NCBI GenBank assembly: GCA_013239625.1
Contig: MU053216.1
Span: forward strand, 1,950,943-2,014,942
Length of the DNA: 64,000 bases
From: Lama guanicoe
Lineage: Eukaryota
Direction: 5' to 3'
In this document: positions 38,043-49,374 of the stretch, piece by piece
How the letters are laid out: the number at the start of each line of letters is the position of its first letter
Numbering within the stretch: the stretch's first letter is position 1
Made by a program: the position numbers and the translations under genes
Notes under the pieces: generated by a model
What the model was told of the DNA's origin: nothing
What the model saw: only the letters and a program-made list of their open reading frames with translations
The model's database searches: none

Positions 38043-39964
38043 GCAAGAGAGCAATAGACCAATATAGGTTTCTTTCTTTTAAGGATTGAGAGAACCGAGG
38101 TGAAACTTAAAATGCACACCTCATAGGGAGAAAGATGTGAAGTATTTGATTTTTGACCTGTGACTTAAAATCTCATCTCTGCTTCTTTAAAGCCATCCTC
38201 TTAGACCTAATTTGGCTAGTGGTGTCCAAAGAAGTATATTTCTACTTGTCAACCAGGCTGTCACCTTTCAAACAGGTCCTCACGAGGGACCCCCCAATCA
38301 CCAAGTCTTATTTGCCCACCAGGCTCACAAATCGGTGGGTGTTGATCTCTGCAAAGCAGGTTCCAGGCGTAGGGCTTCAGCCACCTGGCCACGTACAGCC
38401 CTGCACTTGGCCAGACGGTGCAGACGTGAGTCCCTTGGCGCCCAGCACCTGGATGAGCAGGACCAGGGGAAGGCAGCGGGTTCTGCATTATTCGGGACAC
38501 TTTCCCCCCCTTTTGTGTGTACGCTTTTTGGTTCACCTCAGTTCTCCCCCCAGTTGAGGAAATTCGGACACAAGGTTCAGGGAGTTAAGGGATTTGTAAT
38601 GAGAACCAAGAGGTAGCAACGGACCAAATTAATTTATTTTATCTATCTGCTCCATGTCACGAAGTTCTCTCATCTCATATTTCTTATCAACATTTTGACG
38701 TTCCGTTGAGTTTTCTCAGGTTTCTTCCATCTGGAAAAGGAGAATATTCATCAGACAACCACAGACCTTTAATCGCCGGCCATAGAAAAAGTGTGACGTC
38801 TGCTTGCTGAGTTGGGTCATGCACATTTCCATTTTGCAGGGACATTAAAAAAAAAAAGAGTGGGAATCGATCCTAATCAAATAGCAGAAGGAACGGTGGT
38901 TTTCCTTCGCTGGCTGTCAGGACGGCTTTGTCGCTGGTGGAGTCTCGGTCCCGCCGAGAGCATCCCGCCGGTGCGGCGGGGCCCCTGGCCCGCGGGAGGG
39001 GCGCCCGCGGTGGCGACGCGCGGCCGTAGCCCCGCCTCACGGCAGCCGCGCTTCCAGGGGCGCGCAGCCCGTGGACGCGCAGGCGCTCGCGGAGTTTTAC
39101 GCTGGCGATTTTCTGTCTTGCTGCTTTCCCCCTTGCTTCAGCGTTTAGCTTGCACTGTCCCCTCGTTGTCACATGACTCCACGAATATTGTAGACAAAAA
39201 TTTTTTAAATGTAAAAAATTAAAAAATGTATAATCGCCCCGTCCGAGAAGACCCGTGTCTAATTGGAGCGTTTTCCCCTCAGCCTTTTTGGGGATGTAAA
39301 CGTGTACTTGGGAAACGGAAACTCGTGTAGCTTCCTTTTGTTCCTCCTTGACGTTTTACCAGGACGATTTTCTCCTGTCGTGGAACATTCTTTGAAAATA
39401 CGACTTTCGATGGTTGCTTAATATTCCATTTTATTAACCTGGCACTAGTCTAAAAACAAATTTCTATTGTTAGAAATGTACCTTTAGTGATTTGGGGGCT
39501 ATTGTAAATAAGGTGAAGAGGAATAATCCTGTACATAAGCTTTTTGGGTTGTTGCATAAAAAATTGAATGCTTTTAAATTTAAAAGGCTTTCTTGAAAAC
39601 ATTTTTAATACGGAAAATTCAAACAGAAAGGTCAAGTCTAAGACAATGAACTCCTGTACACCTGTCACAGAGTTTCAAAAGTTATTAAGATGTTCATCAG
39701 TATTTCTCCATATTTATGAATGATTACTTTGACTGTTCCTTGTACTCATTGAAAAAAATTCAAGAAAGGTTGTGCCAATTGATATTTCCATGAGCTGCCT
39801 TAGTAAAAATATTAGTGTAAAAAATTTTATAGGCAAAGAAAATTAATGTGTTGTTTTGATTTGCACTTAATTTAATACCCAGGAGTTTGAAGATACTTTC
39901 AAATTTTGTCTGCAGCTAGTGTTTGCTATTTTTGGATGTGCATTCATATTCTTTGCCCAGTTTT

Positions 39965-40197
39965 CTTTTTCTTTGATTTTATTTTTTTATTAAAGTGTAG
40001 TTGATTTACAATGTTAGTTTCAGGTGTATAGCAAAGCAATTCAGGTGTATGTATATACATACATTTTCAGATTTCTTGTATATAATTTATTACAAGAAAT
40101 TGAATACAGTTTCCTCTGCTGTACAGTAGGAACTTGTTTATCTATTTTATATACAGTGGTGTGTGTCTGTTAATCCCAAACTCCAATTTACCACCCC
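39965..40197 (-). mobile_element. L1 3' tail
   Basis: Close sibling of 25495-25743. Confidence 0.8.
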
Positions 40198-40199
40198 TA

Positions 40200-40292
40200 A
40201 TTTATCTTTTTTTTAAATGGAGGCGCTGGGGATTGAACCCAGAACCTCGCGCACACTAAGCACACACTCTGCCCCTGAGCTGCTGCCCGTCC
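40200..40292 (-). mobile_element. tRNA-Ala-derived SINE
   Basis: aatggaggcgctggggattgaacccagaacctcgcgcacactaagc. Confidence 0.8.
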
Positions 40293-40569
40293 TACTTTGC
40301 CCATTTTTCTTTTATAATATCGGTCCTTTACTTGTTTAAAAAGCACTGTATAAAAAGATGGAACTGACATTAGCCTGTCTGCCATGAGTGCTATGTGTTT
40401 TTCTGGATTTTATTTGCCTTCCAAATGATACGTATGCTGTTTTCTGACAGAGCAGTGTTCATTTTTAAGTAGATGCAGCCACATGTCAAAACATTTGATA
40501 CCTTCCTTTAAAAAAGTTTTTCCTTCTCCCCCCTAAGGCTTGCACCATCTCTCCCAGGGGGGGTCTGGG

Positions 40570-40830
40570 AAACTCCCGCACTCAGAGGCTGCAGAACAGG
40601 GGGACTGAGCTTGGCAGCCCGGAGCGGCGCAGGGCTCCCACCTTACCGTGGCGCCGGGGCCGCGTGCCCAGAGGCGGATCATTGCCCGTCCTGTGCCTCG
40701 GTCTCCCCACCTGTAAGAAGGAAATGATTTCTATCATCCCCCGCTTTGTGGAGGGGAGGGGGCTAAAGTGACAGTGTACGTAAGACCCCGGGACACACAG
40801 TAAGCGCCACTAAATAAACGAGAGCTGCTG
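40570..40830 (+). mobile_element. MIR, GC-shifted in its 5' half
   Basis: Core ctgtgcctcggtctccccacctgtaa and tail cacacagtaagcgccactaaataaa. Confidence 0.55.
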
Positions 40831-42188
40831 CTGGTGCACATTTCCCTCTTTGTGCGAGTGAAGCATTTCAGTGGGTAAATGATGATTGTAAAAGCTTTTC
40901 GGGGAAGCCTGCTTACAAAAATCTTCCGTACTTTGTGGTGAACCAAGTTCAGCAGAGGAGGAAACGTATTAAAGCTATGGTTAAAACAACAACTATGCTC
41001 TCTCCCCTGATAATAAAGTAAAAAGATAGACTCCCGCTCACAAACCATCCTAGAGTTATAGGAAAAATATGTGCGCTTTAGAGGTGGGAGAGACTTACCT
41101 AGTTAACCCTTGTTATTCAAAACACAGGAAACTGGGCACAGAGTGGACGGGATCTCAGAGCTGAGTTCATTGCTTTTCCAATTCTTTTCTAAGTAATGTG
41201 TAAAAAGCAAAATCAAGGCCCAAACCCGCCCGCACGTGTAGCCATAACGCATTAGGGCCTCAGCCTCTTGAAACTCCCCAACTGTTGCGGAAGGAGACAA
41301 ACCTCTTGCCCACGGTCAGCGGGAAAGGAGCTGCTGATAGTCGGATTCACACACAGTCAAGGGAGCTGAAGGGACTGGGAAGATTCACTTTCTCTCGAAA
41401 TGGAAATCTGAGTCCAGGGTGGGGGCTTTGCACCTGAACTCCCTGGGTAATTGCCCCAGTCTTTGCTTCTGACTTGCTTATGAGGGGTTTCACCCATGGA
41501 AATGGAGCAGTTGGAAAAATGACCCTCAGACTCCGCCGTAGACCCCCTCAGGTGATGCAGGGCGAGTGCTTGCTCATTGGATGTTGGGTCTTTATTGGGC
41601 ACCGTGCTGGCTGCGAAGGGGAGGACCAGACCCACCAGCCACCTGCACATTCAAGGAAGATTGGGAAAAGGAACAACTGAGATCATTTCACAGTGACCCC
41701 TGCGCCTGTGTCGAAAGGCGGCTGTATCACTGCAGAGGGTGGGGAGGCTGGGGTCCGGGGGGGCAGGTCCTGCTTTGGAAGGAGGGGTGGTGGAGGAAGG
41801 CCTTTCTGATGTGAAGTAAGAGCTCTGGAAGCTTCCAGGAGAAGCAGCCAGCCAAGTAAACCTCTTGGGAAATGGGGTTTCGGGCGGAGGGAACACAGGG
41901 TGCCCGAGGCCTGAGATCTGGGGAGGCTGGCCGTGTGAGCCCCAGGGTTTCCTCCCGACACTCGGTCTTCCGTTGGTGAATCCAGGCAGGTGCGCGAGAC
42001 AGTGACCTGGGGAGGATGCACTGGACAGTTTAGCCGTCGTCCTGGTAGGTGGCCGGGGCTGTGTCCTGCCTTCCATTCCCCTGCGGACACGTCAGTCTCA
42101 CTGACGAGATGTGGGAGGGGGGAAGCTTTTAAGAGGCCCGCCGGCCTGAAGAGCACGGTTTGATTTTCCCGGAGCGTGTGCTAACGTT

Positions 42189-42220
42189 AGCACAAACATC
42201 AGCACAAACATCAGCACAAA
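42189..42220. repeat. 12-bp tandem repeat (AGCACAAACATC) x~2.7
   Basis: Units at 42189, 42201 and 42213. Confidence 0.85.
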
Positions 42221-42898
42221 ACACTGAGCCCCGGGAGGTTCCACACAGGTGGCTGCAGAGAGGACGGAGGCGGGCATTTATTGATTCCAGAAGTTGCACA
42301 ATTTTTTCCTTTCATCTAGAAAACTCGTGTTCTGGCCATTTCTTCCCGGGACTCCTGAGGGAGGGAAGTTTTGTAAGAATTATGTTCCACCTTGATTTCT
42401 CACGTGCTGATGCTCTGGAAAGTGGTCGCGGTGACTACCTGGTTCACAGTCTCCACTGAATGAAAAAACAGACAGACAGACAAACTAACAAGCAAAGTAA
42501 AAGCCAGAGAAACCTTTGAACAGCTCACTTTTTTAATTTTAATTTTTTTTTTTAGCTGAAGTGTAGTCAGTTTACAATGTGGTGTCCATTTCTGGTGCGC
42601 AGCATCATGTTTCAGCCACATGTGTACATACGTATATTCTGTTTCATAGTCTTTTCATTATAGGTGACTACAAGATATTGAACATAGTTCCCTGTGCTCT
42701 GCAGTACACACTTGTTTATCTGTTTTATGTATAGTAGTTAGTGTCTGCAAATCTCAAACTCCCAGGTTATCCCCCTCTTCCCCCCAGCGCCGTAATCATA
42801 AGTTTGTTTTCTATGTCTGTGAATCGGCTTCTGTTTGTAAGTAAGTTCATTTGTGTCTTTTTTTTTTAGATTCCACAAATAAGTGATTTCATATGGTA

Positions 42899-43870
42899 TT
42901 TTTTTTTTACATTGTAGAAAATACTGAAATGCAATTTATTTGCCTTATTTACCAAATGGTTAACTACAAAGGTACAATTTTTGCCTTGGAGTTCAAGGCG
43001 GTTTCATTTTTCAGCACAGTTACTTTTCTGATCATGTGCTGTCGTCAGCATCTTCTGTGTCTCCTCAGGATTCAACTGACCGTTCACGTTTTACACGTTT
43101 GTCCACCGGGGAGCCGTACCTTCCTCATGATCGCTGCAGCTCTGTGATACAACACGTCGTTGTCGTCATATGTTTGCGTAGTACCGATCCCGGTTCTGAA
43201 AGTCTCTGTGAGCGTGTCTTGCATACGTCTTGTTATGTGGGATCCTTCCGAAAGGTTCATGGTCATTGAAACAAGACTCAAAAACTTCATCAACAGCCTT
43301 CTGAGCGACTTCTTTGCTGATGTTCCGAACAGCTAGAATAGAAAGAATGGCTCTGTCTCGCACACAGGTCTAAAAAACCAATCTGCCTAGACTCTGCGCC
43401 GAGGGGCCCGAACTCAGCCCCCGCCACCCCTGGGGCCGAACCCAGAGCCCTTGGCCGAGGGGCGCCCAGGCCCCTCCCTGCCCACCCGGTCTCAGACACC
43501 ACCTCCCCAGACGCCCCGCCTCCCGGTCACGGCTCCTACTTGTCTCCAGCGTCTTCAGGAGCATAAGCTGACACTTTTGGTTACTGGTGAAGAAACTGGA
43601 GAGGAACCCTTGCTGGGGCGTCCCCTGAGCCGGCCGCTCGGGGAAGACTCGGCACCCGACGTGTTGCTGCTGCAGCTGCTCCCTCGCCGCAGGGCCCGGC
43701 CCGCGCTCATCTGGAGCTCCTGCCATGCCGCCCGCGGACCTTGCCGCTGCTTCCTCTCGCGTCGGGGGGCTGGGAGTGAAACAGGGAAGGTAACCTCCCT
43801 CCAGCCTACCCTCTGCCCATGCCTCCCCTCCGCCGGGCCGACCTGGCGCCAAGGACGTACGGCCGGAAGC
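42899..43870 (-). pseudogene. ATP23: Processed retrocopy of ATP23 (XRCC6BP1; mitochondrial metalloprotease/ATP-synthase chaperone) with aberrant exon structure
   Basis: ATG at 43726 gives MAGAPDERGPGPAAREQLQQQHVGCRVFPERPAQGTPQQGFLSSFFTSNQKCQLMLLKTLET (ATP23 N-terminus). 43369-43166 gives [67 protein letters not shown] (ATP23 C-terminus). AATAAA at 42940-42935, A-run at 42908-42899, TSD tcatatggtattttt at 42889 and 43871. The middle of the protein, including HEXXH, is absent. Confidence 0.93.
43370..43726 (-). other. Open 118-aa ORF in the retrocopy: 62 aa of ATP23 N-terminus plus 56 aa read from intron-like sequence
   Basis: ATG in good Kozak context (ggcggcATGG); open to TAG at 43372-43370. 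No evidence of expression. Confidence 0.3.
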
Positions 43871-44159
43871 TCATATGGTATTTTTTTTTCTCTTTCTGGC
43901 TTATTTTACTTAGTATAACAATCTCCACGTCCATCCATGTTGCTGCAGATGGCATTGGTTTATTATTTTTTATGGCTGGGTAGTATTCCAGTGTGTAAAT
44001 ATCCCACAGCTTCTTCATCCCATCATCTGTCGATGGACGTTTAGGTGCTTCCGTGTCTTGACTGTTGTAAGCAGCACTGCTGTGAACACTGGGGTGCACG
44101 CAGCTTTTCGAGTTAGTTCCTTCTGGAACATGCCCACTTCTGGATACATGCAGCTCACT

Positions 44160-44286
44160 TTTTTTCTTTTGGGGGGTAATTAGGTTTATTTATCTTTTAT
44201 TTACTTTTTAGTGGAGGGACGGGGGGTTGAACCCAGGACCTTGTGCACACTAAGCACGTGCTCTGCCACTGAGCTAGACCCTCCCC
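44160..44286 (-). mobile_element. tRNA-Ala-derived SINE abutting the L1 TSD
   Basis: gggtaattaggttt body and ttgaacccaggaccttgtgcacactaagcacgtgctctgccactgagct head; tcactt on both sides. Confidence 0.85.
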
Positions 44287-44821
44287 TTTCACTTACTTTT
44301 CACTCAAGAACTAACCCTCGGGAACGCTCAGGTTTCAGCTCCCCTTTGGATCGGTGGCTCTGCCGCATCACGGGCTCAGAGAAGATGAAACACCTCCCAC
44401 GAGGGCGGAGATTTTTCCTTGTGTTGTTTTCTTCTGTGTATTTGTATCAGCACCTTCCACAGGGCCTGGCACTTCAAAGGCCCTCAGTAAAATAAATGCC
44501 GGCTGAATCAATTAAAGCTAGAAGGATCTAAAAGGCGTCTTTTTCCAGCCCCTCCATACGATTTTCTCCCTCAGGGTGGGCGATCCCGAGAGCGCTCTGC
44601 TCCACTCACCTGGAGGACGGCTGCATGGACCCCTTTCTCTAGTTTTACTGTAAAAGGGCAAGTGAGCCAGGTGGCCAAGAACGTATCCCTTCTTCATATT
44701 CAAATCATGGGCGGAAACTCAGTGAATCAGGAGCAGTTAGGATGACTGACCTCACGGATGTGAGATTCGTTAGAAATCTCAATCCCTAGCTTTATTTTAA
44801 TCTATATTTGCCTTTTTAACA

Positions 44822-44910
44822 ATTTTATTTTAATGGAGGTACTGGGGATTGAACCCAGGACCTCGTGTATGCTAAGCTCACGCTCTACCACTGAGCTACA
44901 CCCTCCCCCC
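44822..44910 (-). mobile_element. tRNA-Ala-derived SINE
   Basis: aatggaggtactggggattgaacccaggacctcgtgtatgctaagc...ctaccactgagctacaccctccccc. Confidence 0.85.
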
Positions 44911-46219
44911 AATATGTGTCTTTCTATTTATAAAAGTGGGTTTCTTGTAGACAGTATATAGTTGGGTCGTGGTTTTTAATCCACTCTGATAATCTCTGCC
45001 TTTTAGTTGACATTCAAAGTGGCTATTAATCCAGTTGGGTTAACATCGACCATAATCCTTACAGTTTTCTATTTGTTGGTGTTCTTTATTCTTATTTTTG
45101 TTTCCCACTCTGTCTTCCTTTTGTGGTTTTTAGTTTTATTATTTATTTTTTTTAAATTGCAGTGTAATTGATGTATTACATTAGCTGCAGGTAGACGACA
45201 TGGTGATTCCATGTTCGTGTATGTTGGAAGCGATCCCCACAAGTCTAGTTAACATGTGTCACTACGCGAAGTTACACTTTGCTTTTCTCGTGATCGCGTT
45301 TATGACTTACTCTCTTAGTAACTTTCAGATACACAACATTAATACACAGTATTGTTACCCACAGTCCACATGTTGTACGTCATGCCCTCCTGACTGACTT
45401 GTTTTGTTTCTGGAGCTTTGTACCTTTAACTCCCTTCACCCATTTTGCCCACTTCCCACTCCTTGCCATTGTGTGTGTTTCTGTGTGTGTGTGGTTTTAA
45501 CTGAGTGTTTTACATGATTCCATTCTCTCTCTCTTCTGAGCAGAGCTGTTGCACTTTGTTACTTTGTTTAGTGGCTGCGCTAGAGTTTGCCATAGACACT
45601 TCCACCGAATCCAAGTCCTGGCGCAAATTGCACGGTAGCTCTTTGCAGGCAGTGCAGGTGCTTCACACTAACAGAGTAACCCTAATTCCTCCCCAGCCCG
45701 CCCCGCACTGTGCCTGGCATCCTTGCTGTCATTCATTCATGTATATAAACACACATAAGCAGAAATATGCATATACATACATGTATAAAATGATATATAC
45801 ATACATAATCCAACATGTTGTTGGTATTATTCTGAACAAATTGTTACCTGGTAGGGCAATTAAGAAAATGAAAAGAAAGTTGTTATTTTACTTTCACTTA
45901 TTTCTTCCTCAAGGGCTTACTTTTTCCATGTAGTTCCAAGTTTGGATTTGTATTAAACTCCTTCTCTCTCAAGAACTTCTTTTAACATTTCTTGCAAGGC
46001 AGGTCTACTGCCAATAAATTCTTCTAATTTTTGTTTGTCTGAGAAAGTATTTATTCTCCATTTTTGGAGGATAATTTCACAGGGAACAGAATTCTAGGTT
46101 GGTAAGTTTTTCTCTTAACTCTTTAAATATTTCACTCCACTCTTCTTGCTTGCAAGGTTTCTAAGGAGAAGTTGGGCATAATTCTTATTTTAAAACCTTA
46201 ACAACAGAGATACACAGCA

Positions 46220-46333
46220 GGGGGGAGGGTGTAGCTCAGTGGCAGAGGGCATGCTTAGCATGCACAAGGTTCTGGGTTCAATCCCCAGTCCCTCCATAAT
46301 AAATAAATGAATGAATAAACCTTATTAAAAACA
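46220..46333 (+). mobile_element. tRNA-Ala-derived SINE
   Basis: ggggagggtgtagctcagtggcagagggcatgcttagcatgcacaaggttctgggttcaatcccc. Confidence 0.85.
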
Positions 46334-47974
46334 AGACAGCAAGCATCAGAACCAGATATGGCAGGGATGTTGGAATTGTCAGACTGGGAATTTAAAATGC
46401 TGTGACTGATACGCGAAGGATGCCAGCGGGTCAAGTGGCCAGCCGGCAAGAACAGGTGGTCAGTGTCAGCGGGCACCTGGAAATCCCAGGACAGAACCAA
46501 GAAGGAGTGTGATGCTTGCTGTGCATCTTCAAGGTGTGCTCTTTGCCTTTCAGTTTGCCTTGGGATTTTTTTCGTGACGGCTGGTTGTGAAATGCCAAGC
46601 TAAAGGAACTGCTGTAGGTTGGCCTTGAGAGGTGTGGGGGAGAGGTGTGGGGGAGGGGAAGCGTAGAGAGGAGCTAACGCTGTGAGTAGGGCCACGGTCC
46701 TGCGAGCAGGTGTCAGCCTTTAGTGGGCCTGTGCCTCTGGGCGGTGGGCTCACAGGTGTTTCTGAGCTGTATTCTCCCGTTAGGTGGAACAAGATGGCTA
46801 GACTGGGCTGGGTTTGCTCCTTCCTCCCCAGGTCGGTGAGGCTCTGATGACCCCACCCCAGCAGGCCAGGCTATGGTTAACTGGCTCCTGCTGAGGGTGG
46901 GCCTCCTGAAGAACAGGGACCAGAGGGCTTTTCTCCAGTATTTCCTGTTGAGCCTGGTTGAGTCCTGGAGGTAAGTCTCACAGTTTCATGGCTTCCCCCC
47001 GCCCCACCGCCATGACTGGTCCCCCTGGACTTTTTCACTCTCAGAGGGGTCTGCACTCAGCTGCCAGCAGTTTGCCAACCGCAGTTCAGGGCTTCCCGCA
47101 GCTCGGTTCCCGTGCCCGGCCGTCTGAGTCCCTTAAGCCGCGACTCTCTGGGTGCACCGGCCTGGCCCTCTGATCTTAAGGTCTGGGGTTTGATTTTTCC
47201 CCATCGAGTGGTGACTTCCAGTCTCCTTATATGTGGAACTAGAAACCGGAAGCCCTCAGCGTCATTTTAGGTGAGCATCAAACAGGCAAAACTTTCAAGG
47301 CCGGATAAAGCGGAGACCCCCAGAAACAAGAGTCTCACATTAATGCTGGTGTCTCCACATCCCTTGTCGCCTGGCTACCCTCTTCCTTTCTGTCCCTCCC
47401 CTGCCCTCTGCCCCTGCCCCTTGGCTGGCCTTTCAGACCCCGAAGCCCCGGCTGCCCCTGGTCCTCAGAGACTCCACTTTCCTCTGGGAATCTGCCCTCT
47501 CCATCCTCACCCCGGGCACGTGCTCATGCCCCCCGGTTCTGCCGTGTGACCCCCCTCCTCGCCCAAGCTGCTTATGCTGAGCTCTGGGAGCATTTTGCTC
47601 CTACCCTGGAACATTGGCATGACTTTATTTTTTATCACGTACCTTTCCTCCCCGTTTATAAATCCCACATGAAGGCTCCCCTGAACTCCGGGATGCCGCA
47701 CAGCGTCTCTGCTGCAAGGCTAAGAACGCCAGCCCACTGGGGCTGCGACTGCGCCCCGGGCCCCTTACCCCGTTCTGCCTGCTCCCAGCCTCCGCGGGCG
47801 GGGAAGCCTCGTTTATTCGGTTGCTCCAGCCAGAAACTTTGGAGACAGCGTTGACTCCCACTTTCTCTCAGGCACCCTGGGGACTCTGTCTTGAAAACAC
47901 GTCCAGAATCTGATCACTGACAACCGCCCCTTGTTCAAGCTGCCGCCATCGCTCACCTGTTGTTGTGGTCGCGG

Positions 47975-48655
47975 TTTTTTAATTGAAGTAGTCAGTTTAC
48001 AGTGTTTTGCTAATTTCTGGTGCACAGCAAAGTGATTCAGTTCTACACACATACATGCGTCTTCATTCTTTTTCATTATGGGCCATTACAAAGTATTGAA
48101 TAGACAGTTCCCTGTGCTGTTCAGTAGGACCTTGTTGTTTATCTGCCTTATATATAGTAGTGTGTCTGCTAATCTCAAACTCCCAGTTTATCCCTCCCCA
48201 GCCCCCTTCCCCTCTGGTAGCCATAAGTTTGTTTTTTGTCTGTGAGCCTGTCTCTGTTTTGTACATAAGTTCATTTGTGTCCTTTTTCTTTTTAGATTAC
48301 ACATATGAGTGACATCATATGGTATTTTTCCTTCTTTTTCTTGCTTCCTTCACTTAGAATGATGATCTCCAGGTCGATCCATGTTGCTGCAAATGGCATT
48401 ATTTCATTCCTTTATGGCTGAGTAGTATTCCATTGTATAAATATACCACAGCTTCTTTATCCAGCCATCTGTTGATGGACACTCAGGTTGCTTCCATGTC
48501 TTGGCTGTTGTAAATAGTGCTGCTATGAACACTGGGTGCATGTGTTATCTTTTCAAATTAGAGTTCCCTCCAGATGTATGTCCAGGAATGGGATGGCTGG
48601 ATCGAAGGGTAGGTGCATTTTCAGTTGTTTTAAGGAATATTCGTACTGTTTTCAT
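47975..48655 (-). mobile_element. Young L1 3' fragment
   Basis: Colinear with 35950-36620. Confidence 0.9.
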
Positions 48656-49218
48656 CTCATGTGGTTTATTATGACAGCTGCCTAACTGGTCTCTCCTTGT
48701 CTAGTTTCTTCTGAAGAAAACAGCCAGACTGACCTGACTTGAGTATCGCCATCGTACCTACATCTGTGTCTGTGTCTGTATCTGACGTCCTTCTGTTCGA
48801 TGGGGCTCCCGTCTCGTTTGGGAAGAACGGAGTCTCCCCGTCGCTCCCAGAGCCCTGCGAGGTCTGCCCCCCCCCCCGCTGCTTGTTACCTCTTGCTCAC
48901 TCTGCTCCAGTCCCACTGGTCCTCTGCTGCTCCTTGGCTGGGTGTGCTGCTGCCCTAGGCCCTTTTCACGGGCTTTGCCCCACCCACCTAATAACTGTAC
49001 GGCTTGCCCTCTCACCTCCTTTAAGGTTTTGCTCAGATAGAACCTTTTCAAGGAGGATTTAAACTTGCAGCCCACTGCTCTGCGGCCTAAGTCCCTCGTA
49101 GCCTCTTCTGTGCTGTTCTCTCGCACTTGTCTCCTTCACAGGCAGTGTAGCCTTTCCATGAGCATTATGCTTTGGCTCTGTCTTTCTTCTGTTCTAAGCT
49201 CCACAAGAACAGGGATTT

Positions 49219-49374
49219 TTTAAGTTTTTTTGGGGGGAGTGTGGGGGTGGGGAGGGTATTTGGCTGGCTGGCTGGCTTATTTATTTATTTATGTTTAATG
49301 GAGGTGCTGGGGATTGAACCCAGGACCCTCTGTATGCTGAGCATGCACTCTACCACTGAGCTGTGCCCTCCCCC
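49219..49374 (-). mobile_element. tRNA-Ala-derived SINE with perfect 15-bp TSD
   Basis: TSD caagaacagggattt at 49204-49218 and 49375-49389. Confidence 0.9.

Larger units (their letters stand above)
42531..44150 (-). mobile_element. Young L1 3' fragment split by the ATP23 retrocopy
   Basis: L1 3'UTR at 42531-42900 resumes at 43871-44150. Its own TSD cagctcactttttt is at 42521-42534 and 44151-44164. Confidence 0.9.
44790..47230 (-). mobile_element. Old L1M (L1MC/MD-type) 5'/ORF1-ORF2 junction region with nested insertions
   Basis: Typical blocks 'gtgggtttcttgtagacagtatatagttgggtc...aatccactctgataatctctgcc' and 'aacatttcttgcaaggcaggtctactg...ttgtttgtctgagaaagt'. Contains nested SINEs and an L1MA-type tail (~45135-45470). 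Confidence 0.65.

Noticed and set aside
43166..43726. The functional ATP23 gene itself
   Set aside because: Flanked by TSDs inside an L1, ends in AATAAA plus an A-run, and lacks the internal exons with the HEXXH motif.
46220..46295. Genuine tRNA-Ala genes (this and similar copies)
   Set aside because: Extra 5' G-rich leader, A-rich tails, TSDs, mismatched stems and high copy number indicate SINEs.
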